Below are positions 49,480-59,391 of a DNA stretch of 64,000 nt, one piece after another. How positions within the stretch are numbered: position 1 is the stretch's first letter; each line of letters starts with the position of its first letter. The notes under the pieces were generated by a model. The model had not been told where the DNA came from. It was given only the letters and a program-made list of their open reading frames with translations, and did no database searches. The stretch is from a virus (Duplodnaviria; Caudoviricetes): positions 64,001-128,000 of the IMG/VR virus record IMGVR_UViG_3300037067_013225. One strand, 5' to 3'. Made by a program: the position numbers and the translations under genes.

Positions 49480-49489
49480 AGGGTAAGAT
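49480..49489 (+). promoter_or_regulatory. Candidate late promoter AGGGTAAGAT upstream of the sheath gene
   Basis: Intergenic copy of the GGGTAAGnT motif, followed by a GAGG RBS. Confidence 0.5.
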
Positions 49490-49517
49490 AATTTTGATAA
49501 AATCATGAGGGTTTACA

Positions 49518-51641
49518 ATGGCTAATCAGGCGAATCGGAGTGTACCATCGGTTTATACACAGATTATAAGTAAGATTAATTACAATACTGCACCTCTAAG
49601 CGATGTGATTGGTATTGTTGGTCCAACGGCTAATGGCCCTCTAGAAACAGTAACTACCACAAGCAATCCCACCGATGCGCTCAATACCTTTGGCGCTTGT
49701 CGTTTGACGAATCAGGCATTTGCAGCTTGGGCGGGCGGCGCAGGGACTATTAAGATTGTTCGTATTGGTGGAACTGTTTGTTTTGATTCTGTCCTTTACG
49801 GTGATAACGATTCTCCAGACGCAACGCTCTATAATATTACCAATTTTATGTGCCGTCGAAACGATATGTCCTCGTTATATGATTTCTATGATACTGTAAG
49901 TGGACAATTTTCTCCTTCGATGGTGGATGCTTTTGGTTCCATTGTATCCGATCATGGCGATGTTATTTTTGCGATTTCTAACACCATGTTTGATACTCTT
50001 GATTTTGTATTTCCTACCGCAGTCCCATCTGGTACGATCATTCGTATAGCATATTATAACGCAGATACGCTACAAACTGCCAATCAATTTGCCGGATATA
50101 CTGCTATTCCTGGAATAACGTTAGATGATGTTGCTCAGTTAAACAATGCACTAAATATTTCCGGTTTGACATCCACTCATATTGAATGGGATGTGGCTGA
50201 TATGCCGGATTGGGAGCAGGCTACATTTACAGATTCCGATGGACAGACGCATTCCGGATATGCTGTGGCTATTTGGGCAGATACCACTTCCGCAGGAGAT
50301 GAATTCGATATTAGCCGGATTTGTCAGCGTATTGGTGCGGAGGGTTCATATCATGCATGGCATCAGGCAACATATGCCTCCAGTGGCATTGTTAATGGTG
50401 CAACCACCAATGAAGTATTTATGCTTACTAGCAAAAATGCATCTTCTGACGCTATTACTGTTGAGACACGTCTTGTTGGGCCGAAAATCTACCTTACTGT
50501 TACTCGTACAGATTCATTAGGTGTTGTAACCACTGAAGAATATACGGTATTGCCGGTATTTGATGCACTTACATCGACATATTCCTATACCACGGAAGAT
50601 CTAATCGACGAGATCAATGAAACATCCGTAATTGTAACGGCAACAGATCTCAGCACCACTTTCGCAATGTTTGGTTGGGCAACACCCACAACTGCGGTGA
50701 CAACCACATTGTTGGGTGCTAGTGCGTCACCCTCATCCATCACCTTGAAGGACTACGCTCGCGGATTGGCCCTGATAGCTCGTGAGGCTGATATTTATTG
50801 GGTTCTTCCTTGTATTGATGATAACTCTATTCAGAATGTTTCCGGTTATACTGATAATGCTAAATTCCTAGCCATCATGCAGTTGTTTTATACGCATGTT
50901 ATCAATATGTCTGTGGGGCTGAATCAGAAACCACGCGTATTGATGTCTTGGTTGAGTCCTGGGTATCAGAATGTAGGTACTATCGGTAACTCGAATCTAA
51001 ACATTAAATCTGGTAGTTCCAGGCGCATTGGTGCTAGTGAACGTAACGTATATTTCGTACAGAAACTTGGATTCTATGAACTTGAGGCAAGCGGGTCTCT
51101 GACATATCGGAGAGAATATTTGGCCTCATATACTGCCGGATTGCTGTCTGCATTGAATGCTGCCGATCCTGCTACTCGCGATTCTCTAGGTGTGGGTAGT
51201 GTTGATTATGCTTATGATGCGGATGAAATGGAGATCCTAATTCGCAATGGTGTATTTGCATATCAGGATGTTCCGGGTATTGGCGTGTGTGTTGGTAAAG
51301 CCATCACCTCAAAATTGAGTGATGCACGTTCCGCCGTAACTACGACTCGTGTAGCGGATCGAATTGCCATTGATATGACTGCGTTATTGGAACGACGTTA
51401 TATTGGTCGTGCGCGCGAAACCGGTGTTACTGAGGAAATTAAGCGTGATGTAGCTTCATATCTGACTTCCAAGATTGCTCCTGCCGCGATTGGCGGGCTA
51501 ATTGATGCTTATGATAGTATTATTTGTTACCCTGATAGTAACAATGCAAACAAAGTTATTTTGTCTTATAAGGTACAAGTCAAGGGCGATCTTGATTTTA
51601 TTGATCAGACGGTGTATCTGACAACTAGCGTTAGCAGCTAA
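49518..51641 (+). CDS. Contractile tail sheath protein
   Basis: PSVYTQ...IGIVG.TANGP.......P.DA.NTFG N-terminus; C-terminal L..NGV, R..D.I...YIG and V.G..DFI sheath patterns. Confidence 0.85.
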   Translation: MANQANRSVPSVYTQIISKINYNTAPLSDVIGIVGPTANGPLETVTTTSNPTDALNTFGACRLTNQAFAAWAGGAGTIKIVRIGGTVCFDSVLYGDNDSPDATLYNITNFMCRRNDMSSLYDFYDTVSGQFSPSMVDAFGSIVSDHGDVIFAISNTMFDTLDFVFPTAVPSGTIIRIAYYNADTLQTANQFAGYTAIPGITLDDVAQLNNALNISGLTSTHIEWDVADMPDWEQATFTDSDGQTHSGYAVAIWADTTSAGDEFDISRICQRIGAEGSYHAWHQATYASSGIVNGATTNEVFMLTSKNASSDAITVETRLVGPKIYLTVTRTDSLGVVTTEEYTVLPVFDALTSTYSYTTEDLIDEINETSVIVTATDLSTTFAMFGWATPTTAVTTTLLGASASPSSITLKDYARGLALIAREADIYWVLPCIDDNSIQNVSGYTDNAKFLAIMQLFYTHVINMSVGLNQKPRVLMSWLSPGYQNVGTIGNSNLNIKSGSSRRIGASERNVYFVQKLGFYELEASGSLTYRREYLASYTAGLLSALNAADPATRDSLGVGSVDYAYDADEMEILIRNGVFAYQDVPGIGVCVGKAITSKLSDARSAVTTTRVADRIAIDMTALLERRYIGRARETGVTEEIKRDVASYLTSKIAPAAIGGLIDAYDSIICYPDSNNANKVILSYKVQVKGDLDFIDQTVYLTTSVSS

Positions 51642-51652
51642 GAGGGAAAACA

Positions 51653-52084
51653 ATGGCTTTAACATCGTATCCGGTTTCTGGTAGTCAGGTAGAAATAACC
51701 TACGAGGGAAATATCGTTGCCTATGGACAGGGTTTGAAACTCGATCTAAAAATCGACTATCAGACCGTTAGGCGACTAGGTAGTATTTGGCCTGCTACAC
51801 TGATTGCGACTTTTGCTACTGTTAGTGGTGCATTTACCGTTCTAGATACCAAGAGTGATGGTTGGCTTCGGATCATGAAGGCTCAAATAGACGAATCACA
51901 ACTGAGTTCCGATCCTAGTCAATGGCCGCAAGTAACTTTGCGCGCTGTTGCAAATAACAACGATGCGCCAACTTACAGTGTTACTAGTGTTCGATTTATC
52001 GATCTAAGTCCGACAGTGGATATTAGCGGTAATGCTCTAGCTACCACGATAACGTTCTTGGGATTGGGTTTGGCTAGCGAGTAA
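51653..52084 (+). CDS. Tail tube protein
   Basis: 143-aa beta-rich protein immediately after the sheath. Confidence 0.7.
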   Translation: MALTSYPVSGSQVEITYEGNIVAYGQGLKLDLKIDYQTVRRLGSIWPATLIATFATVSGAFTVLDTKSDGWLRIMKAQIDESQLSSDPSQWPQVTLRAVANNNDAPTYSVTSVRFIDLSPTVDISGNALATTITFLGLGLASE

Positions 52085-52087
52085 CAT

Positions 52088-52453
52088 ATGTCATTGCTGG
52101 AATATGATTCTGGTGTTAAAAAATATGAGATTTTGATCCGAGACGATGTTCTGACTGTTGGCGATCTAATTCGCATAGGTGTATACGCAGATCAAATCAT
52201 CGAATATGTTGGTGGAAATCCCGAAAAATCATCTTTGGGTGTAAGAGAATTCGTTAGAAAAATCGCTAAAGCATTTATCGTTGTTAAACGAGGGTTGTTT
52301 GTAGATTTATTGTCTAGCGATACAATGAACAAGGTAATAATCGAAAATCTTCTGCGATTACCATTAAGTTTGGTTGAACAAATCGTTAAAAATTATAATG
52401 AGAATGCCGAAAAACCTATCGTTTCTGATTCCGATGATGCTAAAAAAAAATAG
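52088..52453 (+). CDS. Tail assembly chaperone (gpG-like)
   Basis: Follows the tube gene and ends in a run of nine A before TAG. Confidence 0.7.
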   Translation: MSLLEYDSGVKKYEILIRDDVLTVGDLIRIGVYADQIIEYVGGNPEKSSLGVREFVRKIAKAFIVVKRGLFVDLLSSDTMNKVIIENLLRLPLSLVEQIVKNYNENAEKPIVSDSDDAKKK

Positions 52454-52662
52454 CTAAATATCCACTATTAAGATCGATATTGGATTTGGCTTATTATCGG
52501 AATCTTTTGCCATTCGAATGTTCTAGCTTGTATAATATGCGAGTGGATCATTATCGTTTATATGTGGCACATAACAATTATATGAATAATTATCTGGAAG
52601 AAAAGAGGAAGCAAGCCGCCATTGTCGCACAAAAAAGACAACAAATGGCCCCACATAGATAA
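52442..52662 (+). CDS. -1 frameshift extension of the tail chaperone (gpGT-like)
   Basis: Slippery A-AAA-AAA at 52442-52450. The -1 frame is open as IAKYPLLRSILDLAYYR... to TAA at 52662. Confidence 0.7.
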
Positions 52663-54170
52663 TGTCAGATATCGGGACTAGCGTTCATATCAATATTTTT
52701 AGTGATTTGGGGAGCGTTTTCTCTCAAATTGAACTTGCCCACACACCCGACAAACAAGATTTTGAAAACATTTCAGATAAACCCGATATTGCAGAAATAA
52801 ATGCGGTTCCGACGATAGAAAAACCATCTTCTCCGGATAAAGAATTATTTATGCAGTTTTTGAATAATTATCAGCAAAAAGAGTTAACATTCTCCGATAT
52901 ATTACATTCTGGATTATTTCATGGTCCAGAAATCGCACAAATCAATCAAATTCAGCCACAATCATCGCTCTTTGAAACCGCCGCCATATCTTTGCCAGCC
53001 TTAGAATTCCCAATTCTGGATAATATGATTCTAAAATCAATAGAGCCACCCGATATAGAATTGGCTGTGTCGGCATCATCCGAACCAACAGATATAGCTT
53101 ACGATATTCCCAGTCCAAGTCCCAGAACCGATTTTGTTATCCCAGAAATGCAATTCCCCACATATGAATTCCAATTGCCGGAATTGCAAACCAAAGATAT
53201 CCAACTTTCCTTGCCAGATATCCCAGAACATAAAGATATATCATTCGAGGAATTTCATAGTCAGGAATTTTCATCCTTTGAATATGAAATACCGCAATAT
53301 GTTAGCCACGATATCAATTTAGATATCGTTAAATCCGATATCGGACAATCCTCAACTATAGATATTGCCGAGACGATATCTCATCAAACAATGGCGTTTG
53401 AATTGCCGGAAACGGGATTCCGACCATTAGAATGGGAAACATCCGATATAGGCAGGCAATCAGATCGTTTACCATTTGATCTACCGATATATAATGCCGA
53501 AAAACTATCATTTCCAGAAATATCATATCAGACACCCGAACTAGGGATATCTATACAGATTCCAGATATCCAATCGCGCGAATCCCTTGAATTACCGAAG
53601 GAAACTATTTCTAACGCAATACCCGATATATCTATCGGAACGCCCATAGAATATGCAGTGGAAAATTTGCCAAATATATCTGGCAACGAATCGTTAACGT
53701 TTAATTTACCGATAATAGAGCCAAGAACAGTTGTACCAGACCTGAATATTGCAGAACAACAAGCAAAGTTCGAAGCGACAATTCCGGAGACGCGTTCGGA
53801 AACGTATGCTTTTGATTTACCAGAATTCTCACAGCAAGCGGTCATTCCGGAGCTTTTACAGCAACCACCAGCCCAGGCTCTACAAATAGAAACACCAGCG
53901 GAACAAATATATGCCCAATTAGAGTTTGATATTCCTCGTGCAGAGTACCAGAGTAGTGAATTTGAATTACCGTTAGTCAGTTTTGAACCGATCATGTTCA
54001 ATACACGATATAATCCGGAATTTCCGTCTTTTAATCCCGATTTAGAAGTTGATCAAGGTGAGTTTAAACGTCCAGACGTATTCGATAGTGGATTGCATCT
54101 AGATATGCATGCGATATCCTATGATAACAATCCTTCGCTAAATAGTGGCGGATTGCAGGTGTGGTCGTGA
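52662..54170 (+). CDS. Acidic Pro/Glu/Ile-rich repetitive protein occupying the tape-measure position
   Basis: Directly after the chaperone pair; recurring F.(L/I)PE units. Confidence 0.55.
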   Translation: MSDIGTSVHINIFSDLGSVFSQIELAHTPDKQDFENISDKPDIAEINAVPTIEKPSSPDKELFMQFLNNYQQKELTFSDILHSGLFHGPEIAQINQIQPQSSLFETAAISLPALEFPILDNMILKSIEPPDIELAVSASSEPTDIAYDIPSPSPRTDFVIPEMQFPTYEFQLPELQTKDIQLSLPDIPEHKDISFEEFHSQEFSSFEYEIPQYVSHDINLDIVKSDIGQSSTIDIAETISHQTMAFELPETGFRPLEWETSDIGRQSDRLPFDLPIYNAEKLSFPEISYQTPELGISIQIPDIQSRESLELPKETISNAIPDISIGTPIEYAVENLPNISGNESLTFNLPIIEPRTVVPDLNIAEQQAKFEATIPETRSETYAFDLPEFSQQAVIPELLQQPPAQALQIETPAEQIYAQLEFDIPRAEYQSSEFELPLVSFEPIMFNTRYNPEFPSFNPDLEVDQGEFKRPDVFDSGLHLDMHAISYDNNPSLNSGGLQVWS

Positions 54171-55939
54171 ACAGGGGTAGTTATTTTGTTATTATGGGGG
54201 CTATTATAGTTCCAACAGTTACCAATATCACTGTACTAAAGAATATGATGAACTTTTCGCCACGAAGCATTTTGAGCATTTCTTTGTCGGGCGAAGGTGG
54301 GCAGATGCCCATGGGATCATGCACCATTCACACTCGCACCAATGTGCAGGATTTTTTTAAGATTAATGATGTTTTGATGGTTATTAAGCGTGCTGGTTCT
54401 GCCGCAGAAATAGCGCAAGCCGTTGCAGCGTTATCTTATATGGGTGGTATCCGGTACAATGACTCTACCGCACAAGCCAAATTGCTTGCCATGGTGAGTG
54501 CTGGATATTTACCTGTGTTTATGGGTGCGACAGCAGGTTTTCACTCTGTGTGGGTCTCTAATGCGAACTACACGGGCTATGAGTACATCGTGAGTGCTTA
54601 TGATTTTACCGCCTATCTAAATAACACAGTAATGAACCTAACTATCAATGACGAACCAAAAGTTCGTTATAATGCAAGTATGATTGCGGAAAAATTGCGT
54701 AAATCCAATAGTGCATATATTGGCGAAAAAACAATAAATAATAAACATGTCGAAACATTAGTGGGCAGACAGGCATTTATAAATTCCGGCATAGATCTAT
54801 TTTTAAATCATGAAAAACAATACAAGGGATATAAAAACAATCTCAACCTAACACCACGCGATATTTTGCCGGGAGCGGAAGGAAATCAATTCGATGTGAG
54901 TCGTATGGCTGAAGCTGGGTTGATCAAACAATGTGCTACGTTTAAGGTACCTAGTTCTTTCGAGGCAAAACAGGAAGCCGTACCATATAAACTCCTAGAG
55001 TCTTTATTCCGGGTTGGTATGGTTACGGATAGTAACCGCATCGATAACTTAAATTGGATACATATTTTGGAAAATTTAGCTCCCGCGCCATTTTATGAAT
55101 CATTTGTTAGAGAGGACACGGGAGAATTCGTTTGTCGTCGTGCAGGCTGGATTAATAAGAAAATGGGCGCTGTGAGACAAAAATATCAAAACCCATCTCT
55201 ACCGATATATGCCCCATTAAATAATATGATTGATTATGAGAAATTATCCGGATTAAAGTATGGTTCGACACCTCTTGTTAACACTCCGGGTCAATATCAG
55301 TTCAATCCTAGCAAATTGGGATCTGTTTCTTTCGATTTGGGAGAGCAAAATCAGTTACGTTTTGGGAAAAGCAAAATATCGCAGGATTATTCCTTATTTA
55401 GATCTGTTCACACTATGTTTAGTAAGGGATCACCAAGCTTAGAAAATCGCGACAATGCTTTTGTTTTTAGTGATTTATTCTTTTCAGACAAACATTACAC
55501 TGATGATGTTTATCCGCTAAAAAGCAACTCAAATATATCATATGATGATGATGAATTGCGCACTAGAGCTGAGACAACTGCCGAGAAAATGATGTCTTGG
55601 TTCGCTAAATACTATTATGGGATGAATTATGCGCTTTGGGTCGGATTTAGCACCTATTTTGTAGCTCCATTAGGCGCGCCCATGCAATTAACTGTTCCGG
55701 CTACGCAAGCATCCGTATATGGTACGGCAGTGACAGGATTGGCCGCAATAGAGGTGGCGACAAGGAATAGTGGGATATTTTCTGGTTCTACTGACGCATT
55801 TACCTCATTTGAGGCGTTAAGTTCCTATCCCATACTGGGTAAGACACTATCTGTGGCCGTGAGAGAAGATGGATCATATCAAGAGGAATATCATTTGTTG
55901 TTGGGACATACCGCGCCGGGATTTAGGTTAGATCAATGA
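54161..55939 (+). CDS. Probable baseplate hub protein
   Basis: Synteny plus hub-like motifs (AYDFT.YL, PFYESFVRE..G....RR). Confidence 0.5.
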   Translation: MVVNRGSYFVIMGAIIVPTVTNITVLKNMMNFSPRSILSISLSGEGGQMPMGSCTIHTRTNVQDFFKINDVLMVIKRAGSAAEIAQAVAALSYMGGIRYNDSTAQAKLLAMVSAGYLPVFMGATAGFHSVWVSNANYTGYEYIVSAYDFTAYLNNTVMNLTINDEPKVRYNASMIAEKLRKSNSAYIGEKTINNKHVETLVGRQAFINSGIDLFLNHEKQYKGYKNNLNLTPRDILPGAEGNQFDVSRMAEAGLIKQCATFKVPSSFEAKQEAVPYKLLESLFRVGMVTDSNRIDNLNWIHILENLAPAPFYESFVREDTGEFVCRRAGWINKKMGAVRQKYQNPSLPIYAPLNNMIDYEKLSGLKYGSTPLVNTPGQYQFNPSKLGSVSFDLGEQNQLRFGKSKISQDYSLFRSVHTMFSKGSPSLENRDNAFVFSDLFFSDKHYTDDVYPLKSNSNISYDDDELRTRAETTAEKMMSWFAKYYYGMNYALWVGFSTYFVAPLGAPMQLTVPATQASVYGTAVTGLAAIEVATRNSGIFSGSTDAFTSFEALSSYPILGKTLSVAVREDGSYQEEYHLLLGHTAPGFRLDQ

Positions 55940-58026
55940 GAATTCATCTACAGCGAGTAATTTCTTCGAATCCGGAAAAGCAAACCGTTGATTTGTTCGA
56001 TGAAAAATTTGCCGTATGGAATGCGCAGGAAACGTCAGATAACCCAACGATTATTCCTGACGTTCCGTATTTGTCGCCGTTAATTAACGACTATAACTTG
56101 TCTTATATCTGGGGACATTATGAATATTTAAAATCGCAAGGAAATCTTTTGCCAGGGTTCATAGATCCAGAACCGAATGGTGGGAAATCGCTACTAGATA
56201 TTTATGGTCCATCATTTCTATTTGGTCGTAATTTTAATCCGGCATACTTAAAGGATATCCATGAGAAATATTACAAGGGGAAGGGAACCAATCCGAAAGT
56301 CGTTTCTGGCGGCATGTCTTATCGTCCGCCGGAGGGATCTCTAGCTATATGTGTACATACTGAGTATGAAGGCTCTAATATTATTTTTGTTATAGGGTTT
56401 GTTAGTTTATCCGCCTTTTATGCGCTATATCAAGACATAGATGATTTCGAAGCGCCGAAAACGCAGGGATCTACGTTTAGTCCGGAATATCAAAGCGAAT
56501 TATATAATGAGACCGGAGATAATATTGGAGAAATCATTGGCGTTTCTCATGACAGTTTTGGTCACGGAAACATTCCCTATGATTATGGTGAGGAAGACGA
56601 AAACCCGATAGATCAGTTTAATAAAACGTCCCTAATAGGAAAACATTTTCCCGTTTCTGGTAGTCGTGTGGTGTGGCAAATAACAACACCCGCGCATGTA
56701 GAAAATCTCAATACGGAATTTATCCGTTTTAAGCAGAACGAGATTAAGCGTATAGGAGATATTTTTAACCTTGCGACATCGGGCGACCCCAACAAGGCTC
56801 TATTAAAAACTACAGCCGAGGATTCATCCACTGATACTAAATACAGACTATTTTCTAACTGGAAACAATACAACCCAGACAAAACAACGCTATCTATAAA
56901 TAATATGGCATTAGATGATGTCAATATTTTTGATAATTATGTCAAAGATAGCACAGAAACATCTGGATTTGCAAAGGAATTCGCTTACGAGGAACCCGTT
57001 CATATTGCGCCAGAATCAGGTATCAAGATGTGTCGCGATGGGAAATTGGTTTTTTATGCCGATGTTTATGATTCGTTTGCGGATTTTAATAAACCGACCA
57101 ACTATGATGAATATTTTAAGGAAACTAGCACTTTTTATAAAAAGACTTTTGCAAGCGGAAAGTCTGAATATATCAGTAATCTTGACAGTCAATACGCCAT
57201 ATTGAATGGCGCAAGCGCATCGGAGACATTTAAATACTATTTTAGACAGTATAAGATTGATAACCCACACGAAGAAGATAGTCGTTATATTGATGCGTTT
57301 AATGACCGTGGTGCATATATGGTTATTGATCCATCTTATGTGGAGTTGTCATCCGATTCTAAAAAGGGGGGGTATCTTTTAGAGAAATCATCAAGAAAAT
57401 ATAGTAGAGCCAGGGAGTATGAAAAAAAGGTGGTTTATTCGGAGCAATCCGTTTATCGCAGATTGTTGTTGGATCAAACTGTCACATTCGATCATGATCG
57501 AGCTTATGCGTGGGAACTTTATGGCGATGAGAATATTAGAGAGGGGACATATTCCGTAGACGCTCCTCTAACAATATATAAGAGTTTTAGAGAATATCAC
57601 AATGTATTGGAATCATCCGTTACTGAGGTTAAGGGATTAAAAAACGATATTTATGCTGGATTGTTTATGGGTCGTATGTCGGAGCAGGGTTCTGATACTG
57701 ATGATGGCGGCTGTATTATGCTACGTGCAGGGACAAATACCACGGTGGGTGGTTCTTTGGGCGCAGCCCAAACTAGACCGGAAGAGAATAAGGGTGGCCG
57801 CATTGTTCTGGATGCGCATGAGATTGTGCTTAACGCTAATCGCATTATGTTGGGGCAGATTAGAATAGATCAGCGAGACAAAATGGACGAATTAAATCTT
57901 GGCTCGATTCTCCTAGCTATTGTTCCAGATCCGGCAATAGAAAAAATTGCGCATTTGTTATTTACCAACAATCCCATAAATGTTCGCAAGGCTCTAGCCA
58001 ATTTTTCCAAGAAAGTAAATAAATGA
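55936..58026 (+). CDS. Probable baseplate central spike (gp5/VgrG-like)
   Basis: N-terminal OB-like RV.S.NP...TVD...VPYL and P.EGS motifs; beta-repeat C-terminus. Confidence 0.45.
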   Translation: MRIHLQRVISSNPEKQTVDLFDEKFAVWNAQETSDNPTIIPDVPYLSPLINDYNLSYIWGHYEYLKSQGNLLPGFIDPEPNGGKSLLDIYGPSFLFGRNFNPAYLKDIHEKYYKGKGTNPKVVSGGMSYRPPEGSLAICVHTEYEGSNIIFVIGFVSLSAFYALYQDIDDFEAPKTQGSTFSPEYQSELYNETGDNIGEIIGVSHDSFGHGNIPYDYGEEDENPIDQFNKTSLIGKHFPVSGSRVVWQITTPAHVENLNTEFIRFKQNEIKRIGDIFNLATSGDPNKALLKTTAEDSSTDTKYRLFSNWKQYNPDKTTLSINNMALDDVNIFDNYVKDSTETSGFAKEFAYEEPVHIAPESGIKMCRDGKLVFYADVYDSFADFNKPTNYDEYFKETSTFYKKTFASGKSEYISNLDSQYAILNGASASETFKYYFRQYKIDNPHEEDSRYIDAFNDRGAYMVIDPSYVELSSDSKKGGYLLEKSSRKYSRAREYEKKVVYSEQSVYRRLLLDQTVTFDHDRAYAWELYGDENIREGTYSVDAPLTIYKSFREYHNVLESSVTEVKGLKNDIYAGLFMGRMSEQGSDTDDGGCIMLRAGTNTTVGGSLGAAQTRPEENKGGRIVLDAHEIVLNANRIMLGQIRIDQRDKMDELNLGSILLAIVPDPAIEKIAHLLFTNNPINVRKALANFSKKVNK

Positions 58027-58463
58027 TAATTGTGCAGAAAGTTGATCATAGCGAGGAACTTTATCTGGAATATGCTCAGGTAGCACAATTGGTCGGTAAA
58101 AATAAATATTTGGTTGCGGATGTCTCATCTCTCAAAATGCATCCACAGGGAGCGAAATTAGCCAATCTGGTGGTTGAGGGATACGTTTCTTTAGCGTCAG
58201 ATGGAACTTTTGATGGATTACAGTGGAAAAAGAAGATATATGACTTTTTTTCATCATCTGCAATGCCAATAGATCAGTTTTTAATCTTGTTTTCTCCAGC
58301 CCAAGGCTCTACAAAATTAATTGCAAGATCCGTAATAGACGAAATAACCCTAACCATGGATATTAGTCAACCAACCGTACTTAAATATCAGATCAAATTC
58401 TTAGCTAGTCCTTTTGCGAAAACAGCACAAGGTATAAATGATGCTTATTGGGTGTCGCGATGA
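58023..58463 (+). CDS. Probable baseplate/tube-initiator protein
   Basis: Synteny and tube-like size. Confidence 0.35.
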   Translation: MIIVQKVDHSEELYLEYAQVAQLVGKNKYLVADVSSLKMHPQGAKLANLVVEGYVSLASDGTFDGLQWKKKIYDFFSSSAMPIDQFLILFSPAQGSTKLIARSVIDEITLTMDISQPTVLKYQIKFLASPFAKTAQGINDAYWVSR

Positions 58464-58972
58464 CAGATTATATTCAGGTAGAGTTATCTTATGGCGGCAA
58501 AACATTTCTCTTTCCATATCCGCAGAAATTGATTGTTGCGCGTAAGTTTTTGTCATTCAGATCTGAAACCATAAGTACGCCAGTTGCCACCGCCTTTAGA
58601 CCATCATTCGATATTATATCTGTGGATTGTTTAGAGCCGTTAGACAATCCGAATCAAGATGTGTTGTGGGATATTTTCGATCAAATCGGTAAAAATTCCA
58701 AAGTGGAACAATATTCTGTTTTGGGTGATATCGCGGCGGGTGGGATACAATCTCAACCGTTCGCAACATTGCGCATCACATATAAGGATCAGGGAATGTT
58801 CTTTTATTATGTTATGCCGGAATCCTACAATATGAGCTATACCACTTCGGTACGAGGTGCGTTAAGCACATTTAATTTTGTTGGTTGTGATACTTTATCT
58901 GCATTAAACACATATACACTTATGGGTTCACGCGAAATGCCACCCATAACAAACGGAAAGTTCAATATCTAG
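58460..58972 (+). CDS. Probable baseplate/tube-initiator protein
   Basis: Synteny; F.FP.PQ.L motif; ATGA-coupled start at 58460 (track 58448). Confidence 0.35.
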   Translation: MTDYIQVELSYGGKTFLFPYPQKLIVARKFLSFRSETISTPVATAFRPSFDIISVDCLEPLDNPNQDVLWDIFDQIGKNSKVEQYSVLGDIAAGGIQSQPFATLRITYKDQGMFFYYVMPESYNMSYTTSVRGALSTFNFVGCDTLSALNTYTLMGSREMPPITNGKFNI

Positions 58973-58981
58973 GGGTAAGTT
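58972..58981 (+). promoter_or_regulatory. Candidate late promoter GGGGTAAGTT, 5 nt before ATG 58987
   Basis: Motif copy with leaderless-type spacing. Confidence 0.45.
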
Positions 58982-58986
58982 AAAGC

Positions 58987-59391
58987 ATGAACACCCAACT
59001 AGAAAAAATCAAAACCATCTTTGATGAAAGTGTTGCGGCTGGTTCTACTGGTAGTGATGAATATTATACCATGATAGATCAGCAGGCATTTTATAAAGGC
59101 GATGTTGCGTTGTCTGGGGTTGTCATTGATGAGACTAGTCCGGATTATATTGATTATTTGGATTTAGTTGTCAAGTATGGGAAGGTGAAGGCTGCATTTA
59201 TCGATCAGCCTCCTAACAAGATCCCTGTGCGCATGATAGATTTTGCTTACACTAAGAATTCTCTCCAAATAGCTAGAGAGAATTGGGGAAGTGAGAATTT
59301 TATTGGCGAATTATACCAGATTAATGCCGTAAATAGCGATTTTGAAATGTTGAGTCGAGGTTTGATACTCTTAAATAACAATGGCAGTTAA
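58987..59391 (+). CDS. Probable baseplate wedge protein with a degenerate LysM-like C-terminus
   Basis: SLQIARENWGS....ELYQIN pattern; synteny. Confidence 0.4.
   Translation: MNTQLEKIKTIFDESVAAGSTGSDEYYTMIDQQAFYKGDVALSGVVIDETSPDYIDYLDLVVKYGKVKAAFIDQPPNKIPVRMIDFAYTKNSLQIARENWGSENFIGELYQINAVNSDFEMLSRGLILLNNNGS

Noticed and set aside
53528-54001. 157-aa antisense ORF and similar short shadow ORFs inside long structural genes
   Set aside because: Nested in well-supported genes, with no RBS or recognisable motif.
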